From: an archaeon
GTDB taxonomy: Archaea > Nanobdellota > Nanobdellia > Woesearchaeales > JAHJEM01
Direction: 5' to 3'
NCBI GenBank assembly: GCA_020057445.1
Contig: JAGVFV010000093.1
Span: 1 to 38,985, forward strand
Length of the DNA stretch: 38,985 nt
In this document: piece by piece, positions 16,653 through 24,700 of the stretch
Layout: every line of letters starts with the position of its first letter
Position numbering within the stretch: the stretch's first letter is position 1
Made by a program: the position numbers and the translations under genes
Notes under the pieces: generated by a model
What the model was told of the DNA's origin: nothing
Databases searched by the model: none
The model's input: the letters and a program-made list of their open reading frames with translations, nothing else

Positions 16653-17771
16653 GTGATTCACATCAGCGCCGTTCCACCGCCAACCTTCATCAATCCTCTT
16701 GAATACCGAAAAAAAACTGGCGGTCCATCTCTTCGGGGGCACATCCTTCTCACCGCAGACAGGTCTGGCTACGAACTTGCAAAAAAAATACATGAACGAT
16801 ACAACGAATGGCTCGGAGACATCGATCCCAAGTACCAGCTCAAGTTCTTCACCCCTCTAGCAGGAACCTTCCCTGACGGCGAGATAGAGATACGCAACCA
16901 CGACTCTGTCCGCGGAAGAGACGTCTTCATCGTCCAGCAGACATATGACCCAAAAGACGACATCGATGTCAATGCAAACATCATGGAATTCCTCCTATAT
17001 GCAAGCTCCATCAAAAGGCACAAGGCAAAGAACATCACCGCAGTCATCCCCTACCTTCCCTACATGCGCCAGGAACGAGAGAAATTCAGCAAACACCAGC
17101 CAGTATCCGCGGGCGTGATCGCAAAATTCATGCGCACAGTCCGAGTGGACGACGTGATCACAGGACGAGTCCACTCAGAAGTCATCTCCTCCATGTATGA
17201 CATGGTCAACATCTCTGTCGACGAACTCAATTTCCTCCCAGCATACGTCGACCATTATCTTCCATTCAAAGGAAAGTCAAACGTTGCCATAGTCTGCCCG
17301 GACAGGGGATCCATCGACTACAACAAGATCGTCGCAAGGAACCTTGACCTTCGCCTCATCGTCGCGCTCAAGACAAGACGGAGCTCGACAGAGATCGAGG
17401 ACGTCACCATCATCGGAGACATGACCGGCATCGACACCATCATCATCATCGACGACATCATCAGTTCTGCAGGGACAGTCGAAGCCATAATAAAGAAACT
17501 GCATGACATCTCGAAGATACGAGAGGTCCATATCGCCGCAAACCACGGCGTCTTCTCAGATCTCGCACTCCCCCGCCTCGAGAACCTGCGCACGAACTAC
17601 CATCTCAAGGAGCTCCTCATCACCGACTCGATAAGGCAGCCTGCAGAAGTCCTCGCATTCCCCAACCTCAAGGTGCTATCCATGGTCGACTCGCTCGCAC
17701 TTGCGATCAATGTCTGCCATTACGAAGCATCGCTCAACAAGACATTCATAGACCATCTAAAGATCGATTAG
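16653..17771 (+). CDS. prs: Ribose-phosphate pyrophosphokinase (PRPP synthetase)
   Basis: FPDGEIEIRNHDSVRGRDVFIVQ, and the PRPP-binding loop IIIIDDIISSAGT. GTG start at 16653, with TATA TATTTAAAC at about 16621-16629. Confidence 0.85.
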   Translation: MIHISAVPPPTFINPLEYRKKTGGPSLRGHILLTADRSGYELAKKIHERYNEWLGDIDPKYQLKFFTPLAGTFPDGEIEIRNHDSVRGRDVFIVQQTYDPKDDIDVNANIMEFLLYASSIKRHKAKNITAVIPYLPYMRQEREKFSKHQPVSAGVIAKFMRTVRVDDVITGRVHSEVISSMYDMVNISVDELNFLPAYVDHYLPFKGKSNVAIVCPDRGSIDYNKIVARNLDLRLIVALKTRRSSTEIEDVTIIGDMTGIDTIIIIDDIISSAGTVEAIIKKLHDISKIREVHIAANHGVFSDLALPRLENLRTNYHLKELLITDSIRQPAEVLAFPNLKVLSMVDSLALAINVCHYEASLNKTFIDHLKID

Positions 17772-19275
17772 GATCCGCTTCCTTCTCCCCTACCTGCCTC
17801 TTGACATCGCCCGCTATCGCAGGGCCGAGGATCGTCGCAAGCACCTTCTGGTCGGCCTTTCGGACATCGCTTAACGACTTGATGTTGCTCTTGAACATCA
17901 TTCTCGCGCGCACGCGCCCGACATTCTTCAGCTTCAGGAGTGGCAATAGCTCCTCCTTCACGCCATACTGCAGCCGCACACGGATCTTCATCAACCCTGT
18001 GAGCAGATGATGAAAGCCTTGCATCCTTGCAAGCTCCTCTGTGCAATAGATGAGCCAATCCGCAAGACTGAGCTTGACATGGATCTCGCCAGGGCGAATC
18101 GAGAACTCCTCGAGCAGGAATTCCTCATCATTCTCATCACACCACTCCTCGAAAAAGAGCGCTGTCTTGAACGAGTCCATGAACTCCTCAAAATCAGGAG
18201 AGAATTCACTTGGCTCATCCTCAAGGAAGAACTTCTCCCTCTCCACATACTTCTCATTGATCGCATCATATTCAGCCATCTTCACCCGCAATCGCGGGGA
18301 GATCTCATTGCACCTTGCTATCATGAACAAGAAGGAGAACATGCCAGGCATCTTCGCAGTCGAATTCCTCAAGGATGTGATGATGAAATGCGCAGACAAG
18401 GGATCCAAGTACAATTCAGACACTCGCCTGCCAAGAGGCGTCGCAGAAAGGCCATTCTCCTGCAACCTGTCTGCAGACCGGAATTGGTCCTCTTCTTCCC
18501 TCTTGATGAATTCCCACTCCTCAAGAAGCGCAAGCATCTTCATGATGATGCGCTTGAGCTCATACAGGTCCTTGAACTGGTGCGCATAGAATGTCCTCTC
18601 GAAAAAATCCATCAGGCCCTTGGTGTCATGCACAAAGCCTGACGCGATAAGGCTGAGGATGTATGTCCGAAGGACGGGCTCGACAGCAAGCTTAGAATAG
18701 ATCACCTCTGGCTTTCCTTTCAAGTACCGCTCGATGAGCTTCTCCTTTTCTCCTTGAGACTGGGCGATGGCGATCGCTTCGCCAAAATCTTCTTTACCAG
18801 GACGGCCGGCGCGCCCCGCCATCTGCTCGTATTCTAGCACTGGGATGAAATCCATCCCGGTCCTTCCGAAACGCTTGACATCACGCACAACAACGCGGAA
18901 CGCCGGAAGGTCAAGGCCAAACGCGAGAGTCGGGGTGGCGCAGATGACCTTGACCTGGCCTGTCCTGAAATTGTTCTCTATCATCTCGCGCTGGCGCGAA
19001 TGCAGGCCTGCATGATGGAACGCGACACCCTTCTTTGCGACCAAAGAGAGCCGCAGGCACTGCCTTGTCGGCTTTGGCAAGGTCTCTGAGATATTCTGTG
19101 CCAGATCCTTGCAGTCATCAGCATCCTTCAGCTTCTTCGCTATCTTTTCTGAGAGGGATTCTGCCGCACGCTTGGAATTCACAAAGAAGATCGCCTGCTT
19201 GCCCATCCTTATCGTGTCAAGGGCGATGTTCGTGGACGGGTCGTCAGACTCCTCTGCAATCTTCAAGGACTTCAT
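17746..19275 (-). CDS. Hel308/Ski2-type helicase, C-terminal portion only (RecA2, winged helix, ratchet and HhH domains); the N-terminal RecA1 domain is absent
   Basis: Motifs GVAFHHAGL, ICATPTLAFGLDLPA (V) and QMAGRAGRPG (VI), plus a C-terminal HhH (NVGRVRARMMF...ILGPAIAG). There is no Walker A or DEAH box. The frame is closed by an in-frame TGA at 19321-19323. Possible starts are ATG 19275 or TTG 19299. Confidence 0.75.
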   Translation of the reverse strand: MKSLKIAEESDDPSTNIALDTIRMGKQAIFFVNSKRAAESLSEKIAKKLKDADDCKDLAQNISETLPKPTRQCLRLSLVAKKGVAFHHAGLHSRQREMIENNFRTGQVKVICATPTLAFGLDLPAFRVVVRDVKRFGRTGMDFIPVLEYEQMAGRAGRPGKEDFGEAIAIAQSQGEKEKLIERYLKGKPEVIYSKLAVEPVLRTYILSLIASGFVHDTKGLMDFFERTFYAHQFKDLYELKRIIMKMLALLEEWEFIKREEEDQFRSADRLQENGLSATPLGRRVSELYLDPLSAHFIITSLRNSTAKMPGMFSFLFMIARCNEISPRLRVKMAEYDAINEKYVEREKFFLEDEPSEFSPDFEEFMDSFKTALFFEEWCDENDEEFLLEEFSIRPGEIHVKLSLADWLIYCTEELARMQGFHHLLTGLMKIRVRLQYGVKEELLPLLKLKNVGRVRARMMFKSNIKSLSDVRKADQKVLATILGPAIAGDVKRQVGEKEADPNRSLDGL

Positions 19276-19431
19276 ATCTCTATGGAAGAATGAATCCAAT
19301 AAAAACTTTATGCGTGATTGTCATCATTGTTGAATATTCTTTATGTTTTCCTGCAGAAAAACCCTCTGCACTGCATGGATTAACCCATCAAGAAATGGGA
19401 ACACTGCGTTCTGTCAGCAGGTGTAAAAAAA

Positions 19432-19540
19432 TGAGCCCAGCGCGATTTGAACGCGCGACCTCCCGATATCTACCTGGTGTTATCAGTTTCACCATCCTTT
19501 CTAGGATCCGGGTGCTCCAGCCAGGCTAAGCTATGGGCTC
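19432..19540 (-). tRNA. tRNA-Arg (anticodon CCU) with a 34-nt intron at the canonical 37/38 position
   Basis: Folded by hand:
- acceptor GAGCCCA / TGGGCTC
- D arm GCTT / GAGC
- anticodon stem CCCGG / TCGGG with loop AT-CCT-A[intron]A
- variable region AGGTC
- T arm GCGCG-TTCAAAT-CGCGC
- discriminator A
The intron lies at 19468-19501 and contains AGGAT, which can pair with the anticodon-loop ATCCT. Confidence 0.8.
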
Positions 19541-19620
19541 GTACCTCCCTAGGAGAAGGGAGGCATTTATAAAGTTAACCGCATCATTTTTATTTAACCT
19601 CTCATTATTTTCTCATCTCC

Positions 19621-20907
19621 ATGCCCCGAATGCTCTCACGAATCGAAGACTACTTCCCCTATGTCAGGCATAAGCTCAAGGCGACGAGGAAGAGCCTCGG
19701 CGTCGTCCTGTACCGTCACTTCGCCGACTGGGTCTTCTCAGAAAAGACATACGAATGCCTCGACGACATGGTAAGCTATGTGCAAGCGCATCCCGACTGG
19801 AACATGGCCTTCATCGCATCCCATCGCTCAGAAACAGACTGGGCAGAAGAACCCTTCCAGTTCATCACCCATAACATCAAGACAGTCATCCAATCAGGCG
19901 CAAACCTGTATCTTGGCCCTCTCGATGAATGGCTCCGCTCGGCCGGCGGCTTCAAAGTATACCGCGAAGAGACGACAGTCCGAAGCCCGAACTGGCTGCT
20001 CGATACCCTCCTCGAATTCCTCGAAGAGAAGATAGGAGTCGAACTCAATGCAGGAATAGAGATCACAAAAGAGCTCGCAGAACAGATCTACCGGGCATAC
20101 TTCGCAAAGACGCTCACCGACGGGTATAATGTCCTCATCTTCCCAGAATATTCAGAGAAACGGGACGAGGAAAAACGACGGACCATCAAATACGGCAGGA
20201 GCTACTCCGGAGAGCTCCTTCCCTTCTCAGCACTCCCCCTGCAAGTGCCATACTTCTTCCAAAAGACACATCCTGAAAAAAACCTCGTTTTCTACCCTCT
20301 TTCCATCACCTACGAGCGCGTGATCGAAGACCAGAACTTCGCCCGCCTTGAAGCATTGAAGGCACAAGGGGCATCGACCAAACGGATCTACATCGAAGAC
20401 TACTGGTGGAACCTCACCTTCCGACTTCACCAGAGACCCTCACGACTTCACCTCGCCTTTGGCGAGCCCATCCCGATGAAGGAACTTCCTCTTCGAGGAG
20501 TCGCAAGCAGGAGCAAGCTCGCACCCTACCTTCGCGACGAAGTCGGCAAACTCTCCGTCCTCTATCCGACACAGCTCGTAGGACTCGCCCTCGATCCCGT
20601 CCTGGAAAATGACGGGATGAACATCACTGACCTCAAAGAACGCATGGCATATGTACGTGACCAGGCAGCAGAACTCGGCGAGCGGTATGTGCAGCACCTC
20701 CCGACAGACATGGATGAAGCTCTCGAGCAGGCACACGAGCAATTCTGGCAGCCGAATAGGCTGCCCTATTATACACGGGAGATTGCACGTCTCGACGGAT
20801 CGACTGTCGCCATCCACCGTCCAGACGTGCTGATGCAGTACGCCAACCACTGCAGGCACTTGTTCTCTGAGAAACTGTCAAGAACCACTTTAGATGCAGG
20901 AAGCTGA
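19621..20907 (+). CDS. PlsB/GPAT-family glycerolipid acyltransferase-like protein
   Basis: Acyltransferase motif I HX4D is present (ASHRSETD). Motif II-like GGFKVYRE, motif III-like FPEYSEKRDE (partly degenerate), and motif IV-like PLSITYERV are also present. Confidence 0.65.
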   Translation: MPRMLSRIEDYFPYVRHKLKATRKSLGVVLYRHFADWVFSEKTYECLDDMVSYVQAHPDWNMAFIASHRSETDWAEEPFQFITHNIKTVIQSGANLYLGPLDEWLRSAGGFKVYREETTVRSPNWLLDTLLEFLEEKIGVELNAGIEITKELAEQIYRAYFAKTLTDGYNVLIFPEYSEKRDEEKRRTIKYGRSYSGELLPFSALPLQVPYFFQKTHPEKNLVFYPLSITYERVIEDQNFARLEALKAQGASTKRIYIEDYWWNLTFRLHQRPSRLHLAFGEPIPMKELPLRGVASRSKLAPYLRDEVGKLSVLYPTQLVGLALDPVLENDGMNITDLKERMAYVRDQAAELGERYVQHLPTDMDEALEQAHEQFWQPNRLPYYTREIARLDGSTVAIHRPDVLMQYANHCRHLFSEKLSRTTLDAGS

Positions 20908-21072
20908 CGAGAGTGCGCATACCGATAAGTCGAACTGGTGGTTCTTGATCATGCTCAAAAATGTTCCATAACTGCGTTCGCCTTTAGGAATTATCTGCGA
21001 TAACGATCTGAATGAACATTTTTGACATTTTATAAACAGCCCAAGGTTTTCCCGTCATAGGGATTTTCTTTT

Positions 21073-21113
21073 GTCCCCGTAGCTTAGCGGTAACGCGGCA
21101 CTGGTCTCAGTGC
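21073..21113 (+). other. tRNA 5'-half-like fragment (acceptor 5' strand, D arm and an anticodon-arm-like hairpin; no T arm or 3' acceptor strand)
   Basis: The first 20 nt (GTCCCCGTAGCTTAGCGGTA, 21073-21092) are identical to the first 20 nt of tRNA-Asn at 21219. They are followed by a GCACT-GGTCTC-AGTGC hairpin with a 6-nt loop, then GC-rich GAAGCGGGCGGG. No CGGGGAC 3' acceptor strand lies downstream. TATA ATTTTATAAA is at 21027-21036. Confidence 0.5.
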
Positions 21114-21218
21114 ACACGGAAGCGGGCGGGATGTTCTTGCTTTTGGCTCGAAGTCCCACGTACTGCCTTGATAAAACAAATTCTTTAAAAACACATGATG
21201 AATTCAAGATGTGTAAGT

Positions 21219-21290
21219 GTCCCCGTAGCTTAGCGGTAGAGCGTGCGGCTGTTAACCGCAAGGTCGCCAGTTCGATCCTGGCCGGGGACG
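21219..21290 (+). tRNA. tRNA-Asn (anticodon GUU)
   Basis: Hand fold:
- acceptor GTCCCCG / CGGGGAC
- D arm GCTT-AGCGGTA-GAGC
- anticodon stem TGCGG / CCGCA with loop CT-GTT-AA
- variable region AGGTC
- T arm GCCAG-TTCGATC-CTGGC
- discriminator G. Confidence 0.9.
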
Positions 21291-21368
21291 CTCTTTTATA
21301 TCTGCATGTAATTTTTTCTCAAGACCTGAGAACTTATATTCAGCGGCCCGGATTCTTTGCATGTTTTC

Positions 21369-21391
21369 TAATACTTACAATGTAAGTATTA
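21369..21391. promoter_or_regulatory. Palindromic operator site 1 (TAATACTTACA-A-TGTAAGTATTA)
   Basis: Perfect 11-bp arms around A21380. The core is ACTTAC-N3-GTAAG. Confidence 0.6.
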
Positions 21392-21442
21392 AATATATAT
21401 TGTAATATTTATAGATAATAACTTCACGTAATAGAAAAATAT

Positions 21443-21465
21443 TAATACTTACAATGTAAGATTAA
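21443..21465. promoter_or_regulatory. Palindromic operator site 2 (TAATACTTACA-A-TGTAAGATTAA)
   Basis: Core ACTTACAATGTAAG at 21447-21460, identical to the site 1 core. Confidence 0.6.
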
Positions 21466-21519
21466 TCTCGCTTTCCTTTGCGCCGCTCAATATTCTCTCG
21501 GACTGCCGGGCACGAAAAC

Positions 21520-21528
21520 TTTATAAAT
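21520..21528 (+). promoter_or_regulatory. TATA box of the surface-protein operon
   Basis: TTTATAAAT preceded by purine-rich CGAAAA (BRE-like), about 65-70 nt upstream of the HTH start codon. Confidence 0.55.
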
Positions 21529-21532
21529 GGAT

Positions 21533-21546
21533 ACTTACGATGTAAG
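21533..21546. promoter_or_regulatory. Palindromic operator site 3 (ACTTACGATGTAAG)
   Basis: It begins 5 nt downstream of the TATA box, between the TATA and the expected transcription start. Confidence 0.6.
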
Positions 21547-21568
21547 AGTCAATCGACTTAAATATCCT

Positions 21569-21582
21569 ACTTACATTGTAAG
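21569..21582. promoter_or_regulatory. Palindromic operator site 4 (ACTTACATTGTAAG)
   Basis: It lies in the predicted 5' leader, 10-13 nt upstream of the GTG/ATG start at 21592/21595. Confidence 0.6.
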
Positions 21583-21594
21583 GTCAGTGGCGTG

Positions 21595-21786
21595 ATGAGA
21601 AAAACAACAGTGCAGTTCCCTACGTACATCTTCAAAGACCGCTCCCTTGCCATCCTCGAAGCGATGGTCGACTACCTTTCTGACAAGGGCTATTCCTGCA
21701 GAGACATCGGGCGCCTTCTCAACAGGGACGAGCGCACCATCTGGACTGTCCAGTCCCGCGTACGGCATAAAAGACATGGCAGATAG
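21595..21786 (+). CDS. Small HTH protein (LuxR / sigma-70 region 4-like), paralog 1
   Basis: 63 aa. SLAILEAMVDYLSDKGYSCRDIGRLLNRDERTIWTVQSRVRHK follows the pattern of LuxR/GerE-type HTHs. It is a paralog of 33435..33659. The TAG stop at 21784-21786 overlaps the giant gene's ATG at 21776. Confidence 0.6.
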   Translation: MRKTTVQFPTYIFKDRSLAILEAMVDYLSDKGYSCRDIGRLLNRDERTIWTVQSRVRHKRHGR

Positions 21787-24700
21787 CGACATCAAGAAAC
21801 TGGAACATCTCAGGGATGAGACGTCACGTGTCCATCATCAGCTCCTTAGGCTCTCTGCAGAAGGGAAAATGACCGATGCAGACTTCTGGCAAAACCATAA
21901 AAAACTCTTCTCCGGGCAGACTGAAGAGGAATACTACCTGCGCATCAATTTCCGCATCCGCTCCCTGAAAACAACGTCAAACGTCCGTCCGACGAGACGC
22001 GCTTTTCCTGCACTCGTCCTCTTCTCCCTTCTTTTCCTCCTCTTTGCCTATTCCCTTTCCTTTGTCTTCGGACCGACAGGATTTGTCATACGCGAGGGAT
22101 ACATCACGAAGACTCTTGACATCAACACGACATACACCGGAACGACCTACATCCCGCTCACGCTCCACAATCTTCGTACCCTCACCATCACGGGCACGCT
22201 GACAGGAGAAGGAGAGATCATCCTTCATTCGGAAAACCAAAGCTACCTCGTCTATTCCTCCAACATCTCCAACGAATCATATGCGCTGGATTATTTCCCA
22301 GACATAGCATTCAATGACACCTGTGATCAGACCTGTTCTCTTCCTGACATCACAACGACCGTCCTTGAGATCAGGCTCCCTTCAAGCACGCTGCATCTCG
22401 ACAAGATCACCTACACCTTTTTCATACGCAACAGGAAACCCTCAGCCCTCGCCCCAGTCCCTTCATTTTCCATGCGGAGCAACCGCACCCTCTCCTCCCT
22501 TGACTATTTCAGCGACCTCGACGAGGATGAGCTGTCCTTCACCCTTACTCCAAATCCGTACATCAGGCTTGCACATACGGGCCACGACCTCATCTTCGCT
22601 AGCACGGGGATCCCTGGCGAATACACCCTCACCCTCACCGTCAGCGACGGCACAGACAACATCACCTCCAATCCCTTTACGGTAACTGTGCTTGACAAGG
22701 AACCCTTCACCATCTCGGAATCAGCGCGGCACCCGCCCATACGCATAGGTGTCCCTGTCATCTGGGAAAAGAACATCACAGCACAAAACAGCCTCAACAC
22801 GACAACAGAGAAACCAGTCACCTTCTCGCTACCCCGAGAGGCGACGAGACTTTCCATCTCCAAGATCTCAGACAACACCACCCTCAACCCTGCAATCCTC
22901 GTCGTCGAGGACAATGCTACAGACATCACCTACTCCTTCACAGACACCTTCTCTCCCGAGACCCTCACTAACTACATCCTCTCCTACGAGACGCCATCGC
23001 CGACACTGACAGAAGAGACGCTCTCTGCCTCGAAAAAAAGGATAACGATATCCTCCACCCTCCCCTATGAGAACATCATCGCACGCACCATCATCACGCC
23101 AGCGGAAAAGAGCACCATCTACCTCTACCACATCGTCAACGGAGAACGACAACCCTTCCCCATCTCAGGATATATTGATCCTGATGGCGATGGTCTGATC
23201 GACATCATCGAATGGACAGTCCCCCACCTCTCAGAACAGGTGTTCGAAGTGGACATCATCATTCTCAACGTGCAAAGCTTCCCGATGATCGGCGGCAACT
23301 GGACAGTGCTCTTCAACACCACAGGCACCGCGGACCTCTCCATCTCAGCAGTCAATGGAACAACGTACAACACGAGCCCGTCAGACCTCACGCCGGTCAT
23401 GCTGCAGTGCAACTCAACAACCCTCAACTACTCTTGGATCGGCAACGACTCGATCACCTATGCCGACTATTCCTGCGACAATGCCACAGGATCATGGATC
23501 GTTCATGTCAACACCGGCGGAAGCCATCACCAAGAGTTCTCCTTCGGGAACGCGACAGTCTTTGCAGACAACTATGCCTCAGGAGCTTTCCGCCTCAATC
23601 TCAATGTTTCAGGTTCAGGGGACAACACGAGCAATGCGAGTTTCTGGGGCGAGGCTGCAAGCGACACATTTGGTTTGGCGGTTAATGGCATCGGCGATTT
23701 CAATAAGGACGGCTATGATGACTTCATGATCTGCGCACCGGCATATTCGGGCAGCAAGGGAAAGGGTTACATCGTCTTTGGAAGGCCGAGCGTCTGGAAC
23801 ATGGATACGAGCGCCTTTTCCACAGGCGACAACAAGACCAACGGCAGCTTCCAGGGAGAAGCGGCAAGTGACAGCGCCTGCAGCAGTTACCAAGGAGGCG
23901 TCGGAGTCGGCGATGTGAACGGCGATGGCTATGCAGACATCGTCATGACTGCAAGCGGGAGAGACAATTCTGGCGCAAACAATGGAGAGGCATACCTCAT
24001 CTTCGGCAACAATTCAGGTTGGGGATACAACATCAGCCTTGCCAATGCGAACGCAAGCTACTATGGCGAACAGGGAAGCGGATCCAGCGGGCTCAATTTC
24101 GCAGCAGGTCTTGGCGATGTGAACGGCGACGGGTATGACGACTTTGCTATCGGTGACTATGCCACGAAGGCCAGCAATGCCTCTGCCGCCGGAAAGGTCT
24201 ATGTCTTCTTCGGCAGGGCGGCTTCCTGGCAGACAGACCAGAACATCACCATGGCAGCAAATGCCACGTTCCTCGGCTACAACATCAGCGACAATCTCGG
24301 AGCCCGCCTCGATGGCGTCGGCGATGTGAACAATGACGGGTTTGACGACTTCCTCTTGTCGGCGTCAACCGCCAAAGTCGGGGCAAGCGTCGTCGGAAAA
24401 CTCTATCTGGTCTACGGGCGGAACACCACTTGGAGCAGGGACATCAATGTGACAGGGACGAGCGACAATACCACGAACGCGAGCTTCTTTGGGCTTGCCA
24501 GCGACAATATGGGTAATCCCAAGTGGATAGGAGATGTGAACGGAGACACGCGTCCGGACCTTGGCATGAGCGCGTCCGGACGGAACAGCAGCAAAGGAGA
24601 GACCTATTTCTGGCTCGGCGGAACAGCATTCACATTAGGCATGTATCCCAATGGAAATACAGTGAACAATGTCTCCAATGTCTCTGTCTGGGGCGAAGGC

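Noticed and set aside
21073-21218. The first tRNA-like element as a complete tRNA with a long or non-canonical intron
   Set aside because: I could not find any T arm (GTTCRANYC-like) or a CGGGGAC-type 3' acceptor strand between 21113 and 21218. The anticodon-like loop has 6 nt.
21073-21290. Duplicated tRNA 5' ends as att sites of an integrated element or prophage at tRNA-Asn
   Set aside because: The copies are only 146 nt apart with nothing between them. No integrase, capsid or other mobile-element genes flank the tRNA. The downstream locus is a chromosomal-looking surface operon.
21369-21582. The repeated palindromes as a CRISPR array
   Set aside because: There are only four copies of a 14-bp core, with irregular spacing (75, 86 and 36 nt). 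They are AT-rich, wrap a TATA box directly upstream of a gene, and no cas genes are present.
21647-21775. The ORF-track start of the giant ORF at 21647
   Set aside because: The first 43 codons overlap the HTH gene in another frame and have low-complexity S/T/P/A composition. The ATG at 21776 gives a classic stop/start-coupled junction.
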